DNA of 64,000 bases, from positions 2,234,001-2,298,000 of the forward strand of contig OZ249436.1 in assembly GCA_965235115.1 (NCBI GenBank), in the 5' to 3' direction. Shown in pieces: positions 37,365-50,684 of the stretch. The DNA comes from Laetmonice hystrix (lineage: Eukaryota). Below the pieces are notes generated by a model. That model searched no databases. It had not been told where the DNA came from and worked only from the letters and a program-made list of their open reading frames with translations. Numbering within the stretch: position 1 is the first letter of the stretch; every line of letters starts with the position of its first letter. The translations under genes were made by a program, and so were the position numbers.

Positions 37365-39440
37365 AGACAGTCCACTGTCTACCAGGCCTACCAGTCCGGG
37401 CACTACAGGCTCTGCCTGTATCATCGTCAGCTCAGAGACACAGACGGTCCACTGTCTACCAGGCCTACCAGTCAGGACACTATAGGCTCTGCCTGTATCA
37501 TCATCAGGTCAGAGACACAGACAGTCCACCGTCTACCGGGCCTACCAGTCCGGGCACTATAGGCTCTGCCTGTATCATCAGGCCAGAGACACAGACGGTC
37601 CACTGTCTACCAGGCCTACCAGTCCGGGCACTATAGGCTCTGCCTGTATCATCACCAGGCCAGAGACACAGACGGTCCACTGTCTACCGGGCCTACCAGT
37701 CAGGACACTATAGGCTCTGCCTGTATCATCACCAGGCCAGAGACACAGACGGTCCACTGTCTACCGGGCCTACCAGTCAGGACACTATAGGCTCTGCCTG
37801 TATCATCATCAGGCCAACACACAGACGGTCCACTGTCTACCGGGCCTACCAGTCCGGGCACTATAGGCTCTGCCTGTATCATCATCAGGCCAGAGACACA
37901 GACGGTCCACTGTCTACCGGGCCTACCAGTCAGGGCACTATAGGCTCTGCCTGTATCATCACCAGGCCAGAGACACAGACGGTCCACTGTCTACCGGGCC
38001 TACCAGTCAGGACACTATAGGCTCTGCCTGTATCATCATCAGGCCAACACACAGACGGTCCACTGTCTACCGGGCCTACCAGTCAGGACACTATAGGCTC
38101 TGCCTGTATCATCACCAGGCCAGAGACACAGACGGTCCACTGTCTACCGGGCCTACCAGTCAGGACACTATAGGCTCTGCCTGTATCATCATCAGGCCAA
38201 CACACAGACGGTCCACTGTCTACCGGGCCTACCAGTCAGGGCACTATAGGCTCTGCCTGTATCATCACCAGGCCAGAGACACAGACAGTCCACTGTCTAC
38301 CAGGCCTACCAGTCAGGGCACTATAGGCTCTGCCTGTATCATCACCAGGCCAGAGACACAGACGGTCCACTGTCTACCGGGCCTACCAGTCCGGGCACTA
38401 TAGGCTCTGCCTGTATCATCATCAGGCCAGAGACACAGACAGTCCACTGTCTACCAGGCCTACCAGTCCGGGCACTATAGGCTCTGCCTGTATCATCATC
38501 AGGCCAGAGACACAGACGGTCCACTGTCTACCGGGCCTACCAGTCCGGGCACTATAGGCTCTGCCTGTATCATCATCAGGTCAGAGACACAGACAGTCCA
38601 CCGTCTACCGGGCCTACCAGTCAGGACACTATAGGCTCTGCCTGTATCATCATCAGGCCAACACACAGACGGTCCACTGTCTACCGGGCCTACCAGTCCG
38701 GGCACTATAGGCTCTGCCTGTATCATCAGGCCAGAGACACAGACGGTCCACTGTCTACCGGGCCTACCAGTCCGGGCACTATAGGCTCTGCCTGTATCAT
38801 CAGGCCAGAGACACAGACGGTCCACTGTCTACCGGGCCTACCAGTCCGGGCACTATAGGCTCTGCCTGTATCATCAGGCCAGAGACACAGACGGTCCACT
38901 GTCTACCGGGCCTACCAGTCCGGGCACTATAGGCTCTGCCTGTATCATCAGGCCAGAGACACAGACGGTCCACTGTCTACCGGGCCTACCAGTCAGGGCA
39001 CTATAGGCTCTGCCTGTATCATCAGGCCAGAGACACAGACGGTCCACTGTCTACCGGGCCTACCAGTCCGGGCACTATAGGCTCTGCCTGTATCACCAGG
39101 CCAGAGACACAGACGGTCCACTGTCTACCAGGCCTACCAGTCAGGACACTATAGGCTCTGCCTGTATCATCATCAGGCCAACACACAGACGGTCCACTGT
39201 CTACCGGGCCTACCAGTCCGGGCACTATAGGCTCTGCCTGTATCACCAGGCCAGAGACACAGACGGTCCACTGTCTACCAGGCCTACCAGTCAGGGCACT
39301 ATAGGCTCTGCCTGTATCATCATCAGGCCAGAGACACAGACAGTCCACTGTCTACCGGGCCTACCAGTCCGGGCACTATATAGGCTCTGCCTGTATCACC
39401 AGGCCAGAGACACACAGGCCAGAGACACAGAGACACAGGG
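37365..39440. repeat. Minisatellite, 74-77 bp x about 27
   Basis: GACACAGACGGTCCACTGTCTACCGGGCCTACCAGTCCGGGCACTATAGGCTCTGCCTGTATCATCATCAGGCCAGA. Confidence 0.97.
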
Positions 39441-40158
39441 ACAGCTTGCATGATATTGCTAAAGTTTCCACAATAATATTATAAATCGTCCATGCCAGTT
39501 TTACTGCAATGTGACAGCTGGCACAACCAATATCAAGTTGGCATAAAACAACATATTCCAAATGTCAATATTTCATATTACTATTCTGGCCGTTTGTTCT
39601 AATATTATATAACGTTCCGATATTTGTCTAATATGCATTTCTTACGTGAACAATTTTCCGCTGTACAAGCTAGAATTCAGTAGTTTGTTCCATAAATGCC
39701 ATCTATATGACATTTGATAAAAACCAGCTGTAACAAATGGGATATTTTATATTGGATGACACATGCGTAATTAGTTTGGAAACAAGTTATTAAATATCAT
39801 TTTAGATGTTGTCGCAAGATATCATGCCTATTCGTAATAGGGCTGGTAACAGAGTTCAAGTCAGGGAATCGTCGTGACGTCACGCGTAAGAAAAAATATA
39901 TTATCGCTGGGATGTGATTAGGTCCAGCCCATAGCGTTACGGAAGTACCTACGCGCGGACTATTCGGCCACAGGCTGACTTGTGCAGATAAGGTTTCTAA
40001 TAATCATACGCTGGTAATATATGTGGTATGTACAGAAATCATTGAACAGTATATGGATAAACCGCCGGATGAGACGGATAGAGATATGAGCTAAGAATAG
40101 ATCATAAAGTAGGTCACGCAATGACATTCCGGTATTGAAGGCCTCGGGTGGGGGAGAT

Positions 40159-40252
40159 AGGATACGTCACACACCCGATCAGGTATGCCCACCTGGGTGG
40201 AAACGCAGGATACGTCACACACCCGATCAGGTATGCCCACCTGGGTGGAAAC
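40159..40252. repeat. Tandem duplication, about 48 bp x2
   Basis: AGGATACGTCACACACCCGATCAGGTATGCCCACCTGGGTGGAAAC. Confidence 0.9.
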
Positions 40253-43200
40253 TCCAGGGTCCGCTTCCCGTCTCTGCTCAGAGCGTCCCACCAATAATTT
40301 CCTGCTCTGTGACAGAGGCCAAGTGAATCAGCAATCATCGAGTCACAAATACTGCCTTGAAACTGTTATTGTTGCATTGAAACGGTTGTTCTATTGAAAA
40401 AGTCAAGAATTAGTGTTACAGGCCTCATTAATATTACATACAGAGAGGTAATTGTACGGACTTGGCGTTCAAGTGTCGGTGTTTGTTAATCTTAAGGTTT
40501 TTTTTACGGATCAAAAGATTATTCTGGGATGGCATTATTTATCTCTTACATGGGCTTGATGGTGAATTGAAGACATAGATGACTTTGTGTTTGTCCTTAA
40601 GCCACGCAAGTTAACCATATAATAAATTATGAGATTTGGGAGTTTGTAGAGATGCTCGAACACTGAGAGAGTTAAATCGTAATATCTCTGCTATCATTGT
40701 TGGCAGGTCCCATCCAAAGAAAGTCCTGTAATGTAATTAGGCAGTTGTAATTACTAGAACGCTATCAGATGGCGTCGAGTCAATAATTACTCGGAGTGAG
40801 CTGGTGGGAGATTGTGAAATAGAAGCTGATTGGTCACCTGGGAGGGAATCCTGGAGAGCTAAGATCGGGCGGCCTTGACCCTGCCAGCCGTGACCCCGGC
40901 GGCCGCCGCCCGCCACTTACAGGGAGGGGAAAAAAGAAACCCAATCAATATCGGTGTAGATGTCATGGTGTAGGTGCGGAATTCGGAGTAGTCTTGGATA
41001 GTTTTTGTCAGTGGCTTGATTAAAATTTGGGTAGAGTTCCATAGCTGAGTGTTATGTCATGGATGTTTTCGTATCCCTGCCGTGAAAATGTCAATGAAAG
41101 CAGTTTAAACTACGATTGTTGAATTTCTAATGTTGTTAAAAGAGCAATAGGGTTTCATGGTGTGGAATACTATCTGAAAGAAATCCTGCTGTTGCTATTT
41201 TACCGGAGTTCACTGTGCCATTTGGCTGTTCATTGGCTGCCTTTGTGAGTTGTGACCCAGTTCGGGTGTGTTTGTCGGCACCAGATGGCCGCTCAGTGTA
41301 TGGACTGTGATTGAGACCACGGCTGACAGGACTTGTTGCCAAGACTGCAGTCTGTGGCTGTCAAACCTGCATGACCTTGGTGTCAGCCACAAGGTCACCA
41401 ATAGCTGGCAGAGTCTCACAAAGTCTCCGAGGGTCCACAGCCTCTGTCAAACAAAACATGACCTCTACACAATCTCTTCTCACCACTCCGACCCTGAGGG
41501 GCGCGGCTGGCGTTGACAGGGGACCTCTCCCGCCTCTTACTATAATACCGTTCAGATTTCAGAAGAAACTTGGACTGTGCACTGCGTCTTTCACGCTCAG
41601 TAGTCGTGTTCCTCTGCAATTCATCAACAACAGTTTATTCTTACAGTTCTTGGAGTCTGTAAACTTGAAAGTGATCCACATGTTCGCATGCTTATCTCTT
41701 TTAACGACGCCTGTGTGGGGTTTTCTGTTTGAAAACGTTGGCTTTCTCGCTCACATGTTTATAACAGTATTTCTGCCGATGCAGATGTTGGGGAATCTGC
41801 TGTCATTTAGCACCCGGAACACGTCTCTGTAGTCCACATTGGGACCTGTAGACTCAACCTTTCCTAATGAGACACACCTCGCCAAGTGTCTGCTGTTCAG
41901 CTTGGGCTGTCGTCCCGAGCAGGAAGACTGTCGCTGGTCTGTGTCACAGTATCTAGCCCACCGTCCCTGCAATTCCCCGCGGATATCAAGAGAAAACTCC
42001 ATTAGTTGGCGCCCACTGATGTCAACACTACACACAGCCGGGGTTCCTTATAACGTAAGCGGCCTCCAATGGCTCGTCCTGGTGGGGATGGAGCGCCCTA
42101 AGCGACCAAACTGAATCAGGCAATATATAGAGACTTTATTGTCTGGCCTTCTCCTTGAGATGCTCCTCACAATTGGCGGTGATTTTATTAAAGTTTCTCC
42201 CCAAGACCTAAGTGATCGACTGGATGAGAGACATATAGCAGTTGGACTTCAGTCTCCGCTGCCCTGGTTCTTGCCCCAAGCCAAGGCCGGTGTGGTATTG
42301 GAAAATAGACCCCTATTGAAAATGGAGTATTCTATGGGATGTCCATTTTCAATATCATATCGGCAATGAATGTGGTGTACCCGTGATATCAATGTTTCGA
42401 TGGAATTACTCCTAACTACATATGAATATAACAAGGCAGAACAAGAAAGGAAACCTTTAGGGGTTGAGAATTACCCACTAAACAATGTTATTAGCGTAGT
42501 TTTTGTATTTACCACATCAGAATTAGGGAGTGTACCCCCTGAGAAAATGTCAATTAGTAAATGCTTTTAACAGTTCAAACCGTTGGGAAAGCCTAGGTAT
42601 CGTCTGTACGTGGATTGGTGGTCATATTTCGGTTAATTGCTGTGACATTTACAGATGTACACAATGGAGATTTCCATATACTGTTCTCACAGTAACTCCA
42701 GTAACAAAACTCCAGTAACAACCCATTACGTCGAGTCAGCACTTACCGAGGCGTTCTTCCCATCTTTACCTCGATCGTAATTGGTATAAAAAATAAGACA
42801 GAAAAAAACGCGAATTTCTCCCTTCTAGTTTTTTTCATATTTTGGCCGCCAAATGAGTTTGTTTTCATTTGCCATAAAAAGGGTACTTTTCCCATGGCGT
42901 ATTTGACTTGGAGTTGTTACGAGGAGTTGGTGCTCTCTTCGCTAAGACGAACAATAGGAATTGACAACAGAAGGGGCGAGTTAGCCCCCTCCCCCCGCCC
43001 CCGTACTGGGCCCAGGCTGGGTGGGGGCCGGGCTGTGACCTACAGGGTTTTAGACTGACTTGTTGGGAGGCTATATATCCGCCCTGGGAAACCCGTCACA
43101 TCAAGTCAGGACTGCGGTAAGGCAGGCGAGCGACACTCGTTTTGGGCTGTCGTGAGTAGTAGCCCTCCATGGGGCCATTGTCCACCGAGCCCAGGGCGCC

Positions 43201-43708
43201 CTGGCAACCTCCAATATCTGCAACGGCCACATCGCAACTAGCAGAGAGGAATCATTCCGGCCACACAGTGCGAGTATTTAATGACCCTGCAGCAAAAAGG
43301 AATCTAGCTCCTACTACAGATGAAATCTTTAAGTCACTGGGGGGAATATTACCCGCTGGTACTCGTTCATCGAGTCCGTCTAGTCCCAATGGTAGTGTCA
43401 ATCAAATAGTTTGGACAAAACTGCAATAATGCGACGGATACAGGGAAGTTTAGCCAATAGCAGGTTATATTATACAGCACTGTGGACGTGTTACTGAGTG
43501 TAAATCTAATATTGACTGAGATTGGCTGATATCTAGAAGGAAGTGACGTCAAGTGGGCCATCAATTGTCCATCCTAATCCTCCAGATAAAGGATAAGTCG
43601 AGGATTAGGAACTAAATATAGTGATCACTTCATCAGGAGGCCGTCCAGGTTCTGGGCCTTCAAGGTGGTGTTCGTACTGCTTTTCAGACCACGATCAATT
43701 CCAGTTGT

Positions 43709-45606
43709 TCAGCTCCTGTGTGTTCCTCCTAGAGTTATCTCAGCTCCTGTGTGTTCCTCCTAGAGTTATCTCAGCTCCTGTGTGTTCCTCCTAGAGTTAT
43801 CTCAGTTCCTGTGTGTTCCTCCTAGAGTTATCTCAGCTCCTGTGTGTTCCTCCTAGAGTTATCTCAGTTCCTGTGTGTTCCTCCTAGAGTTATCTCAGCT
43901 CCCGTGTGTTCCTCCTAGAGTTATCTCAGCTCCTGTTCCTCCAAGAGTTATCTCAGCTCCTGTGTGTTCCTCCTAGAGTTACCTCAGCTCCTGTGTGTTC
44001 CTCCTAGAGTTATCTCAGTTCCCGTGTGTTCCTCCTAGAGTTATCTCAGCTCCTGTTCCTCCAAGAGTTATCTCAGCTCCTGTGTGTTCCTCCTAGAGTT
44101 ATCTCAGCTCCTGTGTGTTCCTCCTAGAGTTATCTCAGCTTCTGTGTGTTCCTCCTAGAGTTATCTCAGCTCCTGTGTGTTCCTCCTAGAGTTATCTCAG
44201 CTCCTGTGTGTTCCTCCTAGAGTTATCTCAGCTCCTGTTCCTCCAAGAGTTATCTCAGCTCCTGTGTGTTCCTCCTAGAGTTATCTCAGCTCCTGTTCCT
44301 CCAAGAGTTATCTCAGCTCCTGTGTGTTCCTCCTAGAGTTATCTCAGCTCCTGTGTGTTCCTCCTAGAGTTATCTCAGCTCCCGTGTGTTCCTCCTAGAG
44401 TTATCTCAGCTCCTGTTCCTCCAAGAGTTATCTCAGCTCCTGTGTGTTCCTCCTAGAGTTATCTCAGCTCCCGTGTGTTCCTCCTAGAGTTATCTCAGTT
44501 CCTGTGTGTTCCTCCTAGGGTTATCTCAGCTTCTGTGTGTTCCTCCTAGAGTTATCTCAGCTTCTGTGTGTTCCTCCTAGAGTTATCTCAGCTCCTGTGT
44601 GTTCCTCCTAGAGTTATCTCAGCTCCTGTGTGTTCCTCCTAGTGTTATCTCAGTTCCTGTGTGTTCCTCCCAGAGTTATCTCAGCTCCTGTGTGTTCCTC
44701 CTAGAGTTATCTCAGCTCCTGTGTGTTCCTCCTAGAGTTATCTCAGCTCCTGTGTGTTCCTCCTAGTGTTATCTCAGCTCCTGTGTGTTCCTCCTAGAGT
44801 TATCTCAGCTCCTGTGTGTTCCTCCTAGAGTTATCTCAGCTCCTGTGTGTTCCTCCTAGAGTTATCTCAGCTCCTGTGTGTTCCTCCTAGAGTTATCTCA
44901 GCTCCTGTGTGTTCCTCCTAGAGTTATCTCAGCTCCTGTGTGTTCCTCCTAGAGTTATCTCAGCTCCTGTGTGTTCCTCCTAGAGTTATCTCAGCTCCTG
45001 TGTGTTCCTCCTAGAGTTATCTCAGCTCCCGTGTGTTCCTCCTAGAGTTATCTCAGTTCCTGTTCCTCCAAGAGTTATCTCAGCTCCTGTGTGTTCCTCC
45101 AAGTGTTATCTCAGCTTCTGTGTGTTCCTCCTAGAGTTATCTCAGCTCCTGTGTGTTCCTCCTAGAGTTATCTCAGCTCCCGTGTGTTCCTCCTAGTGTT
45201 ATCTCAGCTTCTGTGTGTTCCTCCTAGAGTTATCTCAGCTCCTGTGTGTTCCTCCTAGAGTTATCTCAGCTTCTGTGTGTTCCTCCTAGAGTTATCTCAG
45301 CTCATGTGTGTTCCTCCTAGAGTTATCTCAGCTCCCGTGTGTTCCTCCTAGTGTTATCTCAGCTCCTGTGTGTTCCTCCCAGAGTTATCTCAGCTCCTGT
45401 GTGTTCCTCCTAGAGTTATCTCAGCTCCTGTGTGTTCCTCCTAGAGTTATCTCAGCTCCTGTGTGTTCCTCCTAGAGTTATCTCAGCTCCTGTGTGTTCC
45501 TCCTAGAGTTATCTCAGCTCCTGTGTGTTCCTCCTAGTGTTATCTCAGTTCCTGTGTGTTCCTCCCAGAGTTATCTCAGCTCATGTGTGTTCCTTCTAAA
45601 GTTATC
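43709..45606. repeat. Minisatellite, 31 bp (27-bp variants) x about 61
   Basis: TCAGCTCCTGTGTGTTCCTCCTAGAGTTATC. Confidence 0.97.
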
Positions 45607-45642
45607 CGTGAGATGTCATACCTGCAGGCCTGCAAATAGATA

Positions 45643-45803
45643 TCCGGAGTCTTTCTCCTCCAGGGCAGGCATATTCCGGAGTCTTTCTCCTCCAGGGCAG
45701 GCATATTCCGGAGTCTTTCTCCTCCAGGGCAGGCATATTCCGGAGTCTTTCTCCTCCAGGGCAGGCATATCCCGGAGTCTTTTTCCTCCAAGGCAGGCAT
45801 ATT
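45643..45803. repeat. Minisatellite, 32 bp x5
   Basis: TCCGGAGTCTTTCTCCTCCAGGGCAGGCATAT. Confidence 0.95.
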
Positions 45804-45869
45804 AACTACAGGAGGAGCGGTAGTATTTACACGGAGACACGTTAACCCTGGAGGCTGAACTGGAGTGGA

Positions 45870-47040
45870 GATGACCTCTCGATGTGGAGGAGGTGGAGTG
45901 GGTACCTGGGGATGACCTCTCGGTGTGGAGGAGGTGGAGTGAGTACCTGGGGATGACCTCTCGGTGTGGAGGAGGTGGAGTGAGTACCTAGGAATGACCT
46001 CTCGGTGTGGAGGAGGTGGAGTGAGTACCTAGGGATGACCTCTCGGTGTGGAGGAGGTGGAGTGAGTACCTAGGGATGACCTCTCGGTGTGGAGGAGGTG
46101 GAGTGAGTACCTAGGAATGACCTCTCGGTGTGGAGAGGGTGGAGTGAGTACCTGGGGATGACCTCTCGGTGTGGAGGAGGTGGAGTGGGTACCTGGGGAT
46201 GACCTCTCGGTGTGGAGGAGGTGGAGTGAGTACCTGGGGATGACCTCTCGGTGTGGAGGAGGTGGAGTGAGTACCTGGGGATGACCTCTCGGTGTGGAGG
46301 AGGTGGAGTGAGTACCTAGGGATGACCTCTCGGTGTGGAGGAGGTGGAGTGGGTACCTAGGGATGACCTCTCGGTGTGGAGGAGGTGGAGTGGGTACCTA
46401 GGGATGACCTCTCGGTGTCGAGGAGGTGGAGTGGGTACCTGGGGATGACCTCTCGGTGTGGAGGAGGTGGAGTGGGTACCTGGAGATGACCTCTCGGTGT
46501 GGAGGAGGTGGAGTGGGTACCTGGGGATGACCTCTCGGTGTGGAGGAGGTGGAGTGAGTACCTGGGGATGACCTCTCGGTGTGGAGGAGGTGGAGTGAGT
46601 ACCTTGGGATGACCTCTCGGTGTGGAGGAGGTGGAGTGAGTACCTAGGGATGACCTCTCGGTGTGGAGGAGGTGGAGTGAGTACCTGGGGATGACCTCTC
46701 GGTGTGGAGGAGGTGGAGTGAGTACCTGGGGATGACCTCTCGGTGTGGAGGAGGTGGAGTGAGTACCTAGGGATGACCTCTCGGTGTGGAGGAGGTGGAG
46801 TGAGTACCTGGGGATGACCTCTCGGTGTGGAGGAGGTGGAGTGAGTACCTGGGGATGACCTCTCGGTGTGGAGGAGGTGGAGTGAGTACCTGGGGATGAC
46901 CTCTCGGTGTGGAGGAGGTGGAGTGAGTACCTGGGGATGACCTCTCGGTGTGGAGAGGGTGGAGTGAGTACCTAGGGATGACCTCTGGGTGTGGAGGAGG
47001 TGGAGTGAGTACCTGGGGATGACCTCTCGGTGTGGAGAGA
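45870..47040. repeat. Minisatellite, 41 bp x about 28
   Basis: GATGACCTCTCGGTGTGGAGGAGGTGGAGTGAGTACCTGGG. Confidence 0.97.
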
Positions 47041-47526
47041 TCTCTACGGACAGCAAGTCGTGGTGAGTCCACCTGGCGGGACCAGTTTACACTAACGCCA
47101 GCCGTCTGGGGTACGTCTCACAACCATCGTGTCATGCGTTAAAACCCCCAGTGAAAACACATTGGTGTTAACAACATGACTATGGACAGGTTGTGACACG
47201 GTCTCGTCACAGCTCCCCCCCCCCCCCATTGTCTCCCACCACGAAATGGAACGCCGGTGTTCGCTTCTCACTGTTTGTCCACCACTTTGTCCGTTTCGGA
47301 CACGAACCGAGTTTGTGTTTTCACGTAACAATGTTTGGCCATGGAGTGGCGGGTTATAGCACGCCGTCAGCCGGTGGTTGGTGGTGGTGGTGGGGGGGGA
47401 GTGTTTCATTTGGAGTCGGTCCAATCCAAGCCACCTTGACCTCACCCGGTCAGTTGGTTAGTCAATGAATCCACCACGACAGCCTTCACCACTTGCCCCC
47501 GTAACCCGGCATGCTGCTTGTCAATA

Positions 47527-47712
47527 ACCAATCAGGGCATGTTTCACACAGGGTCTGATTTACCAGCGAGCGTGTAAGAGGCGATAACATTGGTTACTCA
47601 GTCAGCATCATCTTCAACGTCTGTCCATGTCTGCTGCTCCGAGCAACAGATTAAAGTCCGGCCCCGGGTATAAAAGCCGTCCCCGTGCCAGTGTGTAGGT
47701 TAGCTCAGTGCA
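47527..47712 (+). promoter_or_regulatory. Candidate Pol II core promoter (CCAAT boxes, TATA, Inr-like)
   Basis: ACCAATCAG at about 47527, ATTGG at about 47589, TATAAAAG at 47669-47676 in GC-rich context, TCAGT at about 47706, donor-like TCA|GTAAGG at 48001/48002. Confidence 0.3.
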
Positions 47713-48244
47713 GCCCTGCCCACTGCTGGCCTCAACCAGTGGAGCAGGATCAGCTGAGGTCAACGTTACCGGGTGGTAAATCCCGGCCTTTAACAGCTTT
47801 GTTTGTCGCCTCGCTCGTGGCTGACTAGAAAATTCCTCATCGGATTATTCTAAATATGTTGGACCATAACAGAATGACAGAAAATGCCTTCTTCTTTACA
47901 CATAAACAAGTGGAGAAAACTGGCAATAATAAAATGCTGATGAATCTCAAGGATTAGGTCTACTGGCCCAAAGAAGGCCTTCACGGATTAGTGTGCGCTC
48001 AGTAAGGGTGCTACACTTGTGTCAAAGGAGTAGCAGGCCGACCGCTGTTGAAAGAAGCACAATTTCTACAGAATGTGGCTCAGCGCCTGCCCAAAGCGGG
48101 GACAGTTATTGAAACGATCGAATGACAACCACCGGGTAGGATGCGAGAAGGACTGATTGATTGGAAACGAGGGCAATTTCTGGGATGGTATTTTCCACAT
48201 TGAGGGTGTCGACAGGCATCGTTTCCCGGCGTTATTCACGTCCT

Positions 48245-48895
48245 TGTCCCCGGGACAGCCCGGAGGATGACCCCGGGACAGCCCGGAGGATGACCCCGGG
48301 ACACCCCGGAAGATGTCCCCGGGACACCCCGGAGGATGTCCCCGGGACACCCCGGAAGATGTCCCCGGGACACCCCGGAGGATGTCCCCGGGACACCCCG
48401 GAAGATGTCCCCGGGACACCCCGGAGGATGTCCCCGGGACACCCCGGAAGATGTCCCCGGGACACCCCGGAGGATGACCCCGGGACACCCCGGAGGATGA
48501 CCCCGGGACACCCCGGAAGATGTCCCCGGGACACCCCGGAGGATGTCCCCGGGACACCCCGGAGGATGTCCCCGGGACAGCCCGGAGGATGACCCCGGGA
48601 CACCCCGGAAGATGCCCCCGGGACACCCCGGAAGATGTCCCCGGGACACCCCGGAGGATGTCCCCGGGACACCCCGGAGGATGTCCCCGGGACACCCCGG
48701 AGGATGACCCCGGGACACCCCGGAAGATGTCCCCGGGACACCCCGGAAGATGTCCCCGGGACACCCCGGAAGATGTCCCCGGGACACCCCGGAGGATGTC
48801 CCCGGGACACCCCGGAGGATGACCCCGGGACACCCCGGAAGATGTCCCCGGGACACCCCGGAAGATGTCCCCGGGACACCCCAGAGGATGTCCGG
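48245..48895. repeat. GC-rich minisatellite, 22-23 bp x about 28
   Basis: GTCCCCGGGACACCCCGGA(G/A)GAT. Confidence 0.97.
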
Positions 48896-50684
48896 GGAGG
48901 GGGAGAATGTTCTCAAGGTCTCCTGCAGAAATGCGGAGACGTTCAACACAATGCTCCACAATGTTGTTTTGGGAACTGAAAGGATCGAAACATGTTGAGG
49001 AATCTGGAACAGCTAGTGACCTCCAACTTTCTGTCTGAAACAACTAGAATGGAAAGTTAATCGCTTTAATCCGTAATTAGGATGAAAACCTCGATGAGAT
49101 CAGAGTTCTTTCACCAGCAAGTAGGGATTACAACATGAGCTGAGAGAGTGAAGCCACCGCCGTGTTCCTCCACTGGCAGGCCTGCAGCTAGAGTAGCATG
49201 CCAAGGTCAATATTTAGATTAGGACGGTGGAGCAGAGAGTTAGCGGTGCCCCTGCCTCCTTCACGCTCGTCCACTGTTTTAATTTGCCACAGTAATGTTT
49301 ACACACCGGTAGTAGCTGCCTAGGCCCCCGTGGGAAATCTTTCTATTGTTCAATATGCATTACATTATTCCAACTCGTCATTTGTTCTGTGATGTGCGTC
49401 CTGGCCATCCTGATTGCCGGATTGTATTAAAAGTTTCCTTCAGCAGCGAATGTTGTTAGCAGTAAAAGATTAAGAATCAACATTAAGGTGTTGCCGAGAC
49501 ATTGCTACAAGTCACATTAATTACATTCCCCAGTGGGCCGTGTAAATCGTTAACTTGCCACATGGTGGCGCTAGTGCGTCACCGGAAACGCTCGCTTTGT
49601 TCGCTCCCCGCGCAGCCGCATTAGAGATATCCTGCACGCTCATTGTGTAATTTGCCGGACCATTGCGTATATAATACAAATATTGTGGGCCAGGCCATCG
49701 TAACGGCAGATCATTACCAGCTCATGGTAACTTACAAGTTACAAAGAAGGTCTCCAGTTGATCCAGCCGACCACTTTTAATTAAGTTGACTTGTCTCGTG
49801 TGACTGACACATGTCGTCTGGGTGACGAGTTTATCCCATTTACCGGGCGGAGAAACTGGAAAGATGTGTCCTTCATGAGCCACTAATGTCGTGCATTGCA
49901 CAATAGGGCTGATTTGGTGCGCGAGTCATTGCAATATTTTGTGACATGATTGCAGGAGGTTGGAATGACTTCTTAACAAAGAGATGTGTTGGGTAATTAC
50001 ATTTACAATTCGTTACATTGAAGTTGGATAGCTGAAGGAGCTACAAACGATGGCAGTCTGTCCCAGGGCTGAACGACCAGCTTTAAATAAAAAACACATT
50101 GTTGAACAGAAAGGTTTTCACACCGCGCTAAAAACATTTCATGATGCCGTATTATGCTCATGCGATGTGTTGAATATAAGTGTTAGTCATTACTCAGGTG
50201 TAGTCGGGCGTCAATTCCCGTAAGGTTACACACTCTCTCCGCAATGCTCACCAAGTTTCCGTTAGCCTCTTTGTGTTTACCCAGGGGTGATGGGTTGTTA
50301 TGAATCATAACGATATATCGGTGGGTGTCCCACGGTTAGCGGGCATACAGAGAGAATAACGAATAACACAGAGAATCAGTCGCAGTGTGACAGATCGCTA
50401 CACCCACCTTGTGACCGACACGTGTGACCGACACGTGTGACCAACAGTATCAAACCTAACGTGCCCTGCGCCTGGCCACAAACCGAGCCCCCGTCAACAC
50501 CAATCGATGTAACACGTACCGCCATGTTACCCCCACCCCCACCCCCTGCCCTTATCCACCCCACCCTCAGCCCAAGCCCACCCCCACCCCCACCCAGCCG
50601 GGGGAACGGAGTCTCAATCTCATCTATCCTCGCACCGCCTCAATCCAATCCAGCCAAGAACTAATCAGAAATTGGCGCTTTATA

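Noticed and set aside
41136..42570. Possible decayed transposon coding region (cluster of short ORFs)
   Set aside because: No recognisable catalytic motif, TIR or LTR. BLASTX would be needed.
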